Assembly: GCA_023484515.1 (NCBI GenBank)
Contig: JAMDAY010000035.1
Location: 1-53,486 of the forward strand
DNA length: 53,486 bases
Direction of reading: 5' to 3'
From: Patescibacteria group bacterium
Lineage (GTDB): Bacteria; Patescibacteriota; Doudnabacteria; UBA920
A model generated the notes under the pieces. That model ran no database searches and was not told the origin of the DNA. It was given only the letters and a program-made list of their open reading frames with translations. The translations under genes and the position numbers were made by a program. This document shows positions 35,403 to 44,753 of this stretch, one piece after another; within the stretch, counting starts at the first letter, position 1, and each line of letters starts with the position of its first letter.

Positions 35403-35885
35403 TTAGAGTAATTTTTTTTCTTTTAAACTGAAATAAGATTCGTTTGTTATAATTATATGATCTAATACTTCAATGCCGAGCAGTTCGCCGGCATTTTTTA
35501 GCCTTTTTGTAACTGTTATATCTTCAGCTGATGGTTCAAGACTTCCGCTTGGGTGGTTGTGCACGAAAATTACTGAACAGCAATTTTGCCTGATTGCCGT
35601 TTTAAAACATTCGCGCGGATGAATTAAGCTAGCGTTTAAAGTTCCAATGCTCACAATTTCACGGTTAATTATTTTGTTTTGGGTGTCCATATGAAAAACG
35701 CAAAAATGCTCTTTTTCAGCTTTCCGAAAATCGCTGCAACGCTGGGCGATCTCAAGAGGGGAACAGGCGCTATCCGGCATTGGTTTTGGATTTAAAATGT
35801 GCCTAACATATAGCCTAGCCATTTTTTGCGCCTCTTTAAGACTTTCCGCGAAAAAACGGTAATTGATATTAACTTGGTATTCCAT
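35403..35885 (-). CDS. radC: RadC-like JAB-domain protein
   Basis: KEHF, SIGTLNASLIHPRE, HNHPSG..PS.ED, LDHII. Confidence 0.92.
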   Translation of the reverse strand: MEYQVNINYRFFAESLKEAQKMARLYVRHILNPKPMPDSACSPLEIAQRCSDFRKAEKEHFCVFHMDTQNKIINREIVSIGTLNASLIHPRECFKTAIRQNCCSVIFVHNHPSGSLEPSAEDITVTKRLKNAGELLGIEVLDHIIITNESYFSLKEKKLL

Positions 35886-35891
35886 AATCCT

Positions 35892-36016
35892 TTTTGCTTA
35901 CTGATTATGGCGTAAACCGAATTCTGGAAGTTTGGGCAGTCAAGGAATTTTCATTTTTAACGTGCCTTGACGGGCCAAAAGCCAGAATTATAATAAAAAG
36001 CCGTAAGTAAGCAAAA
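35892..36016. repeat. Long imperfect palindrome B (Frpo-like, homologous to A)
   Basis: TTTTGCTTACT/AGTAAGCAAAA, AATTCTGG/CCAGAATT, GTCAAGG/CCTTGAC stems; TTGACG-16 bp-TATAAT in right arm. Confidence 0.72.
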
Positions 36017-36103
36017 TGTTGGGTATATATTTTGAAAATGGCAAAAAAAGTGTTAAAATAAAGGCAAAGATAAAACGTCTAATATCTCAAGGAAATCAAA
36101 AAG

Positions 36104-36141
36104 TTATCCACATTGACAATAGGTGAACGAACGTATACTAT
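36104..36141 (+). promoter_or_regulatory. Promoter of R-M operon with adjacent DnaA-box consensus
   Basis: TTATCCACA 36104-36112 abutting TTGACA-17 bp-TACTAT. Confidence 0.6.
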
Positions 36142-36170
36142 TTAGATGTAGGAAGTAACAAAAATAAAAT

Positions 36171-37358
36171 ATGTCTAGAATACAACAATACTCTCCCAAA
36201 ATTAATAGTGCCGGAGTAGTAGCGGAAAGATTTTTACCCCAGGGAAAACAAATTCAAGGGGCCTTATTTGACTTGCAGGTCCAAACTGCTACATTTGATG
36301 TCCAGGCACAAAGAATAGATGAAACATATCTCTATGTCCCACAAATCAAAAAAGACTGTCATCAGTTACAAAATCGAAGGTATATTGGTAGCAAACAGAA
36401 ATTGATAGAATGGATTTTTTCAGTAATTGAATTAGAATGCGAGAATGCAAATTCCTTTACTGATATATTTGCAGGCACCGGTATAGTATCAGCAGTAGCA
36501 ACCAAGCATTTTAAAAAGGTCATTTTAAATGACTTTTTACATTCTAATTTTGCTATTTACAATGCTTTTTTTAGTAATGAAAAATGGGATAAAAATAAAA
36601 TATATCGAATTATTGATGAGTATAACACAATCAACGGGGCATATTTAGAAGATAATTATTTTTCAAAATATTTTGGAAACAAATACTTTAGCGTAGACTC
36701 ATCTAAAATTATTGGATTTATCAGAGATGATATAGAAAAGAATAAAGTAAATTTGACCACCAAAGAATATTATATTTTAATTGCGTCTTTATTATATTCC
36801 ATAGATAAAATTGCAAATACAGTTGGTCATTACGATGCTTATTTCAAAAAAAGCCGTGTTGAGGATCAGTTTATAATGAAACCCGTTGATCCTCTTGAAA
36901 CAAGGCAAGTGGCAATATTTAAACAAGACGCAAATGTATTAGCAAAGCAAATTAATACTGATGTGGTCTATATTGACCCTCCCTACAATTCAAGGCAATA
37001 CAGTAGATTTTATCATGTATTAGAAACTCTAACTAAGTGGGATAAGCCCGAGCTTTATGGCACCGCGTTAAAGCCAGCACCAGAAAATGTTAGTGATTAC
37101 TGTAAAGTCCAAGCAAAATATAGGTTTGCTGAATTAGTTAGAGATTTAAACTCTAAATATTTAGTCGTATCTTACAATAATACCTATGACCCTAAGAGTC
37201 ATTCTTCAAAAAATAAGATTACCTTACAAGAAATTAAAGATATTTTAACCTCAAAAGGGAAAACTAAAATATTTGAAAAAGATTACAGGCACTTTAATGC
37301 CGGTAATACAGATTTTAAGAACCACAAGGAATATCTTTTTGTCACCGAAGTTAAGTAA
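36171..37358 (+). CDS. N6-adenine DNA methyltransferase (D12/Dam class), M1
   Basis: RYIGSK, DIFAGTG, YIDPPYN. Confidence 0.92.
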   Translation: MSRIQQYSPKINSAGVVAERFLPQGKQIQGALFDLQVQTATFDVQAQRIDETYLYVPQIKKDCHQLQNRRYIGSKQKLIEWIFSVIELECENANSFTDIFAGTGIVSAVATKHFKKVILNDFLHSNFAIYNAFFSNEKWDKNKIYRIIDEYNTINGAYLEDNYFSKYFGNKYFSVDSSKIIGFIRDDIEKNKVNLTTKEYYILIASLLYSIDKIANTVGHYDAYFKKSRVEDQFIMKPVDPLETRQVAIFKQDANVLAKQINTDVVYIDPPYNSRQYSRFYHVLETLTKWDKPELYGTALKPAPENVSDYCKVQAKYRFAELVRDLNSKYLVVSYNNTYDPKSHSSKNKITLQEIKDILTSKGKTKIFEKDYRHFNAGNTDFKNHKEYLFVTEVK

Positions 37359-37360
37359 AC

Positions 37361-38266
37361 ATGGACTCCAATCTTAAAAGATCCCCCCTCTTTTACGTAG
37401 GGGATAAATTTAAATTGTTAAAACAATTATTAAGTTTATTTCCAAAAGAAATAAACAATTTTTACGAGCCATTTGTGGGCGGTGGTTCGGTTTTTTTAAA
37501 TACTCAAGCAAAAAAATATTTTTTGAATGACAATGATAAAAATTTAATTAACATACACACTTTTTTAATAAAAAGTTCTAAAAATCCAACTTCTTTTTTT
37601 AAGCAAGTTGAAAAAATAATCTATAAGTATAACCTTTCCCGCTCTTATAAAGAAGATGTAATCCCAAGTTCCTTAAAGAAACAATGGGTCAAAACTTATT
37701 TTGCACGTTTTAATAAGGAAGGTTACGACAAACTAAGAACGTTGGTAAACAAAAATAAAAAAAACAATCCTCTGATTTTATACATTTTACTTATATATGG
37801 ATTTAACAGGATGCTACGATTTAACGGTGGCGGCCGATTTAACCTGCCGGTAGGTAATGTTGATTTTAATAAAAATGTTGTAAAGGCTCTTAATGGTTAT
37901 TTTAATTTTGTAAAAAATAAAAATATTAAAATAACTACTCAAGATTTCAAACAATTTTTTAAAGGAAAAGGATTCAAAAAAAATGATTTCGTATACTTGG
38001 ATCCTCCATACCTTATAACGGCCAGTGAATACAATAAAAATTGGAGCGAACAATCAGAGGTTGAGCTATTAAAGGAGTTGGATGCTTTGAATAGCAAAGG
38101 AATAAAATTTGCTTTATCTAACGTAACTTATTATAATGGTATTAAGAATAAGCTGTTAATTGAGTGGATGAAAAAATATAAAATCCACAAAATAGAAAGT
38201 AATTATATAAATTACCATAATAATACTAAAAAGCAAATTAGTGAGGTCTTGGTAACAAATTACTAA
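37361..38266 (+). CDS. N6-adenine DNA methyltransferase (Dam class), M2
   Basis: YVGDK, EPFVGGGSV, RFNGGGRFNLPVG, YLDPPY. Confidence 0.92.
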   Translation: MDSNLKRSPLFYVGDKFKLLKQLLSLFPKEINNFYEPFVGGGSVFLNTQAKKYFLNDNDKNLINIHTFLIKSSKNPTSFFKQVEKIIYKYNLSRSYKEDVIPSSLKKQWVKTYFARFNKEGYDKLRTLVNKNKKNNPLILYILLIYGFNRMLRFNGGGRFNLPVGNVDFNKNVVKALNGYFNFVKNKNIKITTQDFKQFFKGKGFKKNDFVYLDPPYLITASEYNKNWSEQSEVELLKELDALNSKGIKFALSNVTYYNGIKNKLLIEWMKKYKIHKIESNYINYHNNTKKQISEVLVTNY

Positions 38267-38268
38267 AT

Positions 38269-39870
38269 ATGCCCATAAGAAAACCAGAGTATAAACCCTT
38301 ACTTTTTACGACCACTTTACGTAACCCGAGCAGGTTGAAAGGTTTGCTAAGCATTCTTCATAAATTTAATGGGGAGGTTCTTACGAATGGAAAAGCAGAA
38401 GAAATCATGGGCGAAATTATCCGGTATGGTTTATACAGACCGACTAGAGGTGTGACCGCCGATATTGAAGCTAAGTGGGGAGGCAAGAGAATTACTGATG
38501 AATCTACAATAGGTTTAAGATTGCTAGATAATCCTGAAGTTAAACATTTACTTGAAAATAATCCGCAAGATCACAAAGAGGCGGGTTTTAATAAGGGGTG
38601 GCCGTCCAGGTTTGCAACGGTATTTGATTTAGCTAAAGAATTGGGTTTTGTTTACTATAAACAGGATAACAAAATTAAATTTTCAGAAATTGGTTTAAAG
38701 TTAGCCAGGTCTATAAATATTGAAATTAAGGAAGGATTGATCGTATCTGAAGAAATAAGTCCGGAATTTGAACAACAGGCGTTTTTACATGCGTTAGTAA
38801 AATATCAAAGAAATAATCCATTTGTGCGGGTGCTGAATGAAAATGCACCCCTTATTTTGTTATTAAATGTAATTAATAAATTAAACTCGGATAAAGAATT
38901 AAATGGGGCCGGTATTTCTAAATTAGAATTACCATTGGTTATTTTTTGGAAAGATAACGACGCGGATAAACTTTATAAGCTGATAAAAGAGATTAGAAAG
39001 GAACATGGTTACAATCCCAGCACAGAGATTATTGTAGATATCTGCGTAAATCAAATAATGGGTGGGGCATTTAAAAAGTTTAATCCTACTTCAATAATGG
39101 TTGACTACCCCGACGAGTTTATTAGAAAGATGCGTTTGACCGGATTAATTTCCTTAAGGGGAGCCGGGAGATTTATCGATATCAACAAAAAAGAACAAGA
39201 AAAAGTTGAGTATATTTTAGCGCACTATTCAAATTACAAAAAATATGCCACGGAAGAAGAGTATTTTGAATACATGGCCACAACTGACAATAATTTGATT
39301 TCAGTTGCTACTGCGCCAATGAGTTACGCCGAAAGAGAAAAGTTTTTGGCAAAATGGGTTGAAATTTATAGCTGGGATCAGATTAAGAATGAAATGTTAA
39401 ATTTAGCAAAAAGGAGATTAACCAAGGACGAAGTTTTAAAATATTTATCGAGCCCGATACGATTAGAATTTTTGGCGGCTTTGGCAATAAAAACAAAATT
39501 TCCTGACGTTAAAGTAATCGCAAATTACCCCTACGATGATGAAGGGTTGCCTACATCAACAGCAGGCGGAGTAGGAGATAAAGGCGATATCGAATGCTAT
39601 GAGGAGGCAAATGGGATATTAATTGAGGTAACAATGTCAGAAGGTAGAATTCAGACGGTAATGGAAATTTGGCCTATTGCCAGGCACCTAAAGGAGTTTA
39701 GTAAAAATGTAAAAAAATCTATGTGCTATTTTGTAGCACCGAGTATATTTAGAGATTCCATTATGCAGGTTGAATATGTAAAGGATAAAGAAAACTTAAA
39801 TATCGCACCAAAAACGATTGAACAATTCTTAGTTTTTATGGACTCTGCCCAAACTTTATATACAACATAA
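38269..39870 (+). CDS. AlwI-family type IIS restriction endonuclease
   Basis: FTTTLRNP N-terminus; C-terminal DDEGLP..AGG..GDIE...IEVT; paired with two MTases. Confidence 0.8.
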   Translation: MPIRKPEYKPLLFTTTLRNPSRLKGLLSILHKFNGEVLTNGKAEEIMGEIIRYGLYRPTRGVTADIEAKWGGKRITDESTIGLRLLDNPEVKHLLENNPQDHKEAGFNKGWPSRFATVFDLAKELGFVYYKQDNKIKFSEIGLKLARSINIEIKEGLIVSEEISPEFEQQAFLHALVKYQRNNPFVRVLNENAPLILLLNVINKLNSDKELNGAGISKLELPLVIFWKDNDADKLYKLIKEIRKEHGYNPSTEIIVDICVNQIMGGAFKKFNPTSIMVDYPDEFIRKMRLTGLISLRGAGRFIDINKKEQEKVEYILAHYSNYKKYATEEEYFEYMATTDNNLISVATAPMSYAEREKFLAKWVEIYSWDQIKNEMLNLAKRRLTKDEVLKYLSSPIRLEFLAALAIKTKFPDVKVIANYPYDDEGLPTSTAGGVGDKGDIECYEEANGILIEVTMSEGRIQTVMEIWPIARHLKEFSKNVKKSMCYFVAPSIFRDSIMQVEYVKDKENLNIAPKTIEQFLVFMDSAQTLYTT

Positions 39871-39887
39871 AATATTATTTCTTAAAG

Positions 39888-39913
39888 AACACCGATTATA
39901 CGCGGTGTTTTTT
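39888..39913 (+). terminator. Intrinsic terminator
   Basis: AACACCG/CGGTGTT stem + T tract. Confidence 0.7.
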
Positions 39914-39999
39914 AATTTTCCTTGTAATAAAGCGAACTAAGGAATATACTTGATATTAGGCAAGGGAAAAGATTTTATTTCAACGTTTTTTCGGTTTTT

Positions 40000-42309
40000 A
40001 TGATAGTAAAAATTAACAAGATAAAAAATCTGCAATCAGTGTTATGTGACTATAGCTGGAATTCCCAACTACCGGATTTTAAACGTTATAATTTAATATA
40101 CGGGTGGAATGGTACCGGCAAAACGACCTTGTCAAAAGTTTTTGATGCCCTTGAAACTGGCATCCATAAAAGTTTTCCAGATCTTGAATATGAAATGCAA
40201 GATGAAAAAGGGGTGGTTTATAAACAAGGTGAGGCTTTTTCAAAAAAAGTAAGGGTTTTTAATCAAGATTATGTAGAAAATAACATCAAAATCAGAGAGG
40301 GCCGTGCAAAAGCCATAACTTTGGTTTTGGGAGATATTAATAAGGAAACTGTCGAACAAATTGAAAAAGATAAAAAAGAATTAAGGGAAAAAAATGACGA
40401 ACAAAAAAAATTAAACGAACTGAAAGGCCAAAAAGTAAAAAATAAAGGTAAAACATTCACCGAAATTGCAAAAACAATTTACGTCGCGATAATGGGAGGA
40501 GCCATTAGAACATATCGAAAAGATAATGCCGAATCAGATTTTGGACTATTGGCCGCAAAAGAATTGTTGGAAGATCCCGACCTTTCTAAATTAGCCTTGG
40601 TAGTAAAGCAAAATTCAAAACCGCAAATCGAAGTTCTAAAAAAAGTAGAAGTAAGCCTAGACGGAAAAAATAATAGTAGTATATCTGATGCGGTCACCGC
40701 ACTTATTGCCGAGTCCAAGCAGTTATTATCGCAAACTGTCCATGCTAAAGTTATTGAAAGATTAAAAGTAAATAAAGATATTTCCGATTGGATTGAGTTG
40801 GGTTTGGGGATTCATGATAATCATAAGTCTGGAAATTGCGAATTTTGTGGCCAAGTGCTTCCAAGCGGGAGAATTGAGGAATTGTCTAAACATTTTAATG
40901 ATGCCGATAAAGAACTCAAAGTAAAGATAGATGTTTTAGTTTCTAGATTTTCTCAAATTTATGGTTTAATTAGCACTATTAGCTGCCCTGATAAAGCGCG
41001 TTTCTATGACGAACTTGGTATGGAATACGAAAAGGGCTGCAAAAAGTTGGAACAAGAGAAAACAGAACTATTAAAATCAATAACTGACATCGAGGGGGTC
41101 ATAAAGGAAAAGAAGTCAAAAACGACAGAACCCGTTTCATTGACAGAAACTATAAATCCTACAAATTTCGAAGTTGCTTTAGAGGCTATAATTAAAATTA
41201 TTGAACAGCATAACAAAAAGACTGACGATTTTGAAAATGAAAAAAATACCGCTATCTTAAAATTAAAAAAACATTACCTAAGCACGATTTTTGACGAAGT
41301 AAAACAATTAGACAATGAAATACAGGAATGTAGAACTAAGATTGACCAATTAAATTTTGGTGACAAAGCAAGGCCTGAAATTCTCGGGATTGAGGCTTTA
41401 AAAGCGAGAATATCAGATAATCAGGCAAAAATATCCTCTACCCACAAGGCCTGCGATGATATTAATTTAGGGTTGGCGACATTTTTGGGCCGTGGCGAGC
41501 TAATATTTGAACCAAATAAAATTACTACCACGGATGAAAGTGGCAAGAAGGTCGAAGTCGAGGATGGCTATATAATAAAAAGAGGCGGTAAGGTCGCACA
41601 AAATTTAAGCGAAGGGGAAAAGACGGCCATTGCCTTTGTATATTTCACAATCCATTTAAAGGATAGGGATTTTGATTTAAAAAATGGGATTGTTGTCATA
41701 GACGATCCTGTTTCCAGCTTGGATTCGAACTCATTATTTCAAGCTTTTGCCTTTCTAAAAAATGCAGTTGCAGATGCTGAGCAGATATTTATCTTTACTC
41801 ATAATTTTGACTTTTTGAGGTTGCTTCTAAACTGGGTAAAGCACATAGACCATGGTAAAGAAAATAGCTATTACATGCTCAAGAATTGTTATACAAATAA
41901 TGCCAGGTGCGCTTATCTCGATAGGATGGATAAGGCTTTATACGAATATGAGAGCGAGTATCATTATCTTTTCAAAACGCTAAAAACATTTGAGTCTGAC
42001 GGGACCATAGCCCAGGCTTACCCGATTCCAAATATAGCCCGCAAGGTGCTGGATACATTTTTGATGTTTAGAGTGCCATCAGGAGGTGGCACTTATAGTA
42101 AGTTAGAGGTTATAAAAGGCACAACAAACTTTGATAAAAATAAATTGACAGCGATATACAAGTTTACGAATGACCAATCGCACATAACCGGGTCGGGATT
42201 TGATCCGGCACTAGTTCCAGAAACTCAAAAAAATGTTACCTATTTATTGGAAATGATTAAAGATGTTTTTCCGGAACATTATAAAATTCTTGAAGAATCC
42301 GTAAAATGA
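40000..42309 (+). CDS. RloC-like AAA_13 ABC-ATPase with zinc hook and HEPN-like C-terminus
   Basis: GWNGTGKT, CEFC hook, LSEGEK, IDDPVSSLD, THN, FTNDQSH. Confidence 0.82.
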   Translation: MIVKINKIKNLQSVLCDYSWNSQLPDFKRYNLIYGWNGTGKTTLSKVFDALETGIHKSFPDLEYEMQDEKGVVYKQGEAFSKKVRVFNQDYVENNIKIREGRAKAITLVLGDINKETVEQIEKDKKELREKNDEQKKLNELKGQKVKNKGKTFTEIAKTIYVAIMGGAIRTYRKDNAESDFGLLAAKELLEDPDLSKLALVVKQNSKPQIEVLKKVEVSLDGKNNSSISDAVTALIAESKQLLSQTVHAKVIERLKVNKDISDWIELGLGIHDNHKSGNCEFCGQVLPSGRIEELSKHFNDADKELKVKIDVLVSRFSQIYGLISTISCPDKARFYDELGMEYEKGCKKLEQEKTELLKSITDIEGVIKEKKSKTTEPVSLTETINPTNFEVALEAIIKIIEQHNKKTDDFENEKNTAILKLKKHYLSTIFDEVKQLDNEIQECRTKIDQLNFGDKARPEILGIEALKARISDNQAKISSTHKACDDINLGLATFLGRGELIFEPNKITTTDESGKKVEVEDGYIIKRGGKVAQNLSEGEKTAIAFVYFTIHLKDRDFDLKNGIVVIDDPVSSLDSNSLFQAFAFLKNAVADAEQIFIFTHNFDFLRLLLNWVKHIDHGKENSYYMLKNCYTNNARCAYLDRMDKALYEYESEYHYLFKTLKTFESDGTIAQAYPIPNIARKVLDTFLMFRVPSGGGTYSKLEVIKGTTNFDKNKLTAIYKFTNDQSHITGSGFDPALVPETQKNVTYLLEMIKDVFPEHYKILEESVK

Positions 42310-42692
42310 CAATAACAAAATCAGAACAAGGGTATTACTGCAAAATATGCGGGGAGGAAAAACAAAGGGCAACCATGCAAATTGTACCAGTTGATTGTTG
42401 GAGTTGCGGTAGTCCTATGAAAATGGCATTAATATTAGTTTCGGGTACTTGGCTCGGGCCGGAAGCCTTTACTTCTGATCAAATCGAATTGGCCCGGTCA
42501 AAAAGTGTGGTTATACAGGAGCAGTTCAGTAAAACAAGCGAGTCCAAGTATTTTGCCAATACCTGCCCAAATTGTAAAAACTTCATCGGTGAATTTTTTA
42601 TCCATGAATATCTTTACTTGCCGGCAGAGGATATTGACCTGGGTTTTGTTTGTGGTAAGTGCGCTTTAAAAAATATTGAAAATTTGATATAA
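42306..42692 (+). CDS. Multi-CxxC zinc-binding protein
   Basis: Four CxxC pairs; ATGA overlap. Confidence 0.6.
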   Translation: MTITKSEQGYYCKICGEEKQRATMQIVPVDCWSCGSPMKMALILVSGTWLGPEAFTSDQIELARSKSVVIQEQFSKTSESKYFANTCPNCKNFIGEFFIHEYLYLPAEDIDLGFVCGKCALKNIENLI

Positions 42693-42771
42693 TACCCTTA
42701 GAAAGCTATTTTAAAACAGTATAGTTATCAACAATAGTTCTACATGATTTTTGGTTTCAAGCGTGCATTAC

Positions 42772-42788
42772 CAGTGGGCAAAGCGTTA
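42772..42788. repeat. 17-bp direct repeat, copy 2 (putative att core)
   Basis: Identical to 33838-33854. Confidence 0.8.
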
Positions 42789-42866
42789 ATTTAAGGCGTT
42801 CATGCGCTCCTAATGCAGAAATAACCGATAGATAAAAATTGACTTCTCATATATCTGATATCTGAA

Positions 42867-42904
42867 TTTAACGGCTCAACGGACAAATCCGTTGAGCCGT
42901 TAAA
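42867..42904. repeat. Perfect 17-bp inverted repeat, 4-nt loop
   Basis: TTTAACGGCTCAACGGA-CAAA-TCCGTTGAGCCGTTAAA. Confidence 0.85.
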
Positions 42905-43010
42905 AAATTACAATTTAAAAAATTGCAACTATCCGTTACTTTTTCCCTAATTTATCGTATAATAAGGTAAAGTAACATTAAATGCCAAACGGCAAGAAAT
43001 AAACGGACAA

Positions 43011-43781
43011 ATGAATAATTTATTACCAAAATGGCTGGCAGCGGGCCTGGGAGGCTTGTTGCTGGTTTTTGTGGCTCTATTAGTTGTGGATAAAAGCCAT
43101 ACATTGGTGGACGCGTTCCAGGACAAAAAACCTGACAACACAATTTCCATTTCCGCGGAAGGCAAAGTTACCGCCACTCCTGACCTGGCTACCGTAAACC
43201 TCGGGGTAATTACCCAGGGAATAACGGCGGCTGACGTGCAAAGCAGGAACAACGAAAAGATAAACCAGATTACCGCCTTTATTAAAGGCCAGGGGATTAA
43301 CAAAGAGGACATAACCACATCCAATTTTAATCTTTATCCGCAGCGGGATTACCGGAACGGCCAAGACGTAATTGTCGGCTACCAGGCGAACCAGACGGTA
43401 TCGGTTAAAGTCCGCGGCATAGACAAATCCACGGAACAACTGGGAAAAATAATTGACGGTGCCGCTAACAACGGCGCCAACGAAGTCACCGGCATCAGCT
43501 TAAGCTTTGACAATCCCGATGACTTGAAAGAACAAGCAAGGGAGCAAGCCATCCAAAAGGCTAAAGAAAAAGCCGGACAACTCGCTAATACTGCGGGGTT
43601 AAAACTTGGAAAGGTTATAAGCATTTCGGAAACCGGCGGCGGTTATCCTACGCCCGTATATGATGTGGCAACACGCAATGCCGCCGCAGGCGGATTAGCG
43701 GCAAAAACCATTGCCCCTTCCATTGAACCCGGCAGCCAGGATATTATTGAGCAAATGACAGTAGTATTCGAAATCAAGTGA
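43011..43781 (+). CDS. SIMPL (DUF541) domain protein
   Basis: ISAEGKVTATPDLA, AREQAIQKAKEKA, KLGKVISISE. Confidence 0.9.
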   Translation: MNNLLPKWLAAGLGGLLLVFVALLVVDKSHTLVDAFQDKKPDNTISISAEGKVTATPDLATVNLGVITQGITAADVQSRNNEKINQITAFIKGQGINKEDITTSNFNLYPQRDYRNGQDVIVGYQANQTVSVKVRGIDKSTEQLGKIIDGAANNGANEVTGISLSFDNPDDLKEQAREQAIQKAKEKAGQLANTAGLKLGKVISISETGGGYPTPVYDVATRNAAAGGLAAKTIAPSIEPGSQDIIEQMTVVFEIK

Positions 43782-43857
43782 TGTAATTAAGTCTGATGTT
43801 CTATTATTTTTGCTAAAATTTTGAAAAGCCGCCTCCAATGTGGTATAATACTGCGGT

Positions 43858-44151
43858 ATGAAGGAAATACTGGAAAAAACCCGGCAAAACGTTAAGGAAG
43901 CCAATAAGGAAATTTTATCCCAGAGCATCAGCCTGATCAGTTCCGCTTTTATATTGGTGGCTGCTTTGGCTTGGAACGAGGCCATTAAAGACCTGATTTC
44001 CCAGTATTTCCATTCCGGTTCCGGCCTGGTTTCCCGTTTTGTTTACGCAATCGTTGTCACCATAATAGCAGCCATAGTCGCCAGCCGTTTGAACAGGATA
44101 TTGCAAAAATATAAAGAATCGGGCAGCCAAAAACCCCCCTTATCTTCCTAA
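43858..44151 (+). CDS. Small membrane protein (DUF5654-like)
   Basis: SAFILVAALAWNEAIK...YAIVVT. Confidence 0.7.
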   Translation: MKEILEKTRQNVKEANKEILSQSISLISSAFILVAALAWNEAIKDLISQYFHSGSGLVSRFVYAIVVTIIAAIVASRLNRILQKYKESGSQKPPLSS

Positions 44152-44198
44152 GGCTATTTGCTGATATTTACGGACCGCGAAGCTAAATTTTAAAACCC

Positions 44199-44642
44199 AT
44201 GAAACAAACATCCAAAACCATCAATCTGGAAACGAAAAAACAATTTGAACTTATAGATATTACCGCCCGGGTTAAAACCGCAGTGGTAGAGTCAAATATT
44301 AAAAGCGGCATGGTAGTGGTTTTTTGCCCGCACACCACCGCGGCCATCAGGATAAACCACAATGAATCCCTGCTTATGCAGGACATTATGAAAACCCTTT
44401 ACCGCCTGGTTCCCATTGACATCAGTTACAGCCATGACCTGTTTGAGGTCAGGCAAACAGTCGCTCCCAACGAACGATCCAACGGGCACGCGCACGTCAA
44501 GGCTTTTCTTCTCGGCTCTTCGGAAAACTTGATTATAGAGCAGGGGGAATTGGTCTTGGGCGAAAAACAAAGCATTTTTTTTATAGAATTGGACGGAGGG
44601 CGTTCCAATAGGGAAGTGCATATTAAGATAATCGGGGACTAA
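44199..44642 (+). CDS. yjbQ: YjbQ/UPF0047 family protein
   Basis: HTTAAI, NGHAH, LGEKQSIFFIELDG. Confidence 0.9.
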   Translation: MKQTSKTINLETKKQFELIDITARVKTAVVESNIKSGMVVVFCPHTTAAIRINHNESLLMQDIMKTLYRLVPIDISYSHDLFEVRQTVAPNERSNGHAHVKAFLLGSSENLIIEQGELVLGEKQSIFFIELDGGRSNREVHIKIIGD

Positions 44643-44664
44643 AGGCTGCCTTTTAGCAGCCTTT
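44641..44664. terminator. Intrinsic terminator
   Basis: AAAGGCTGC/GCAGCCTTT. Confidence 0.65.
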
Positions 44665-44753
44665 AATTAATCCTTAAAGGGCATTGGCCCGCGGTCGGTT
44701 TTAAGGACACATCTTTGAGACAAAAATATTTATAAAGAAAGGAGTAAAAAAAA

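Larger units (their letters stand above)
33838..42788. mobile_element. AT-rich defence island bounded by direct repeats
   Basis: 17-bp direct repeats, composition shift, R-M, RloC-like and RadC cargo. Confidence 0.72.

Noticed and set aside
34003-36016. Integron attC sites with the integrase as IntI
   Set aside because: The palindromes lack RYYYAAC/GTTRRRY ends and sit at gene 5' ends; the integrase shows no evident IntI-specific insertion
42760-42795. Chromosomal dif site
   Set aside because: No match to the XerD arm TTATGTTAAAT
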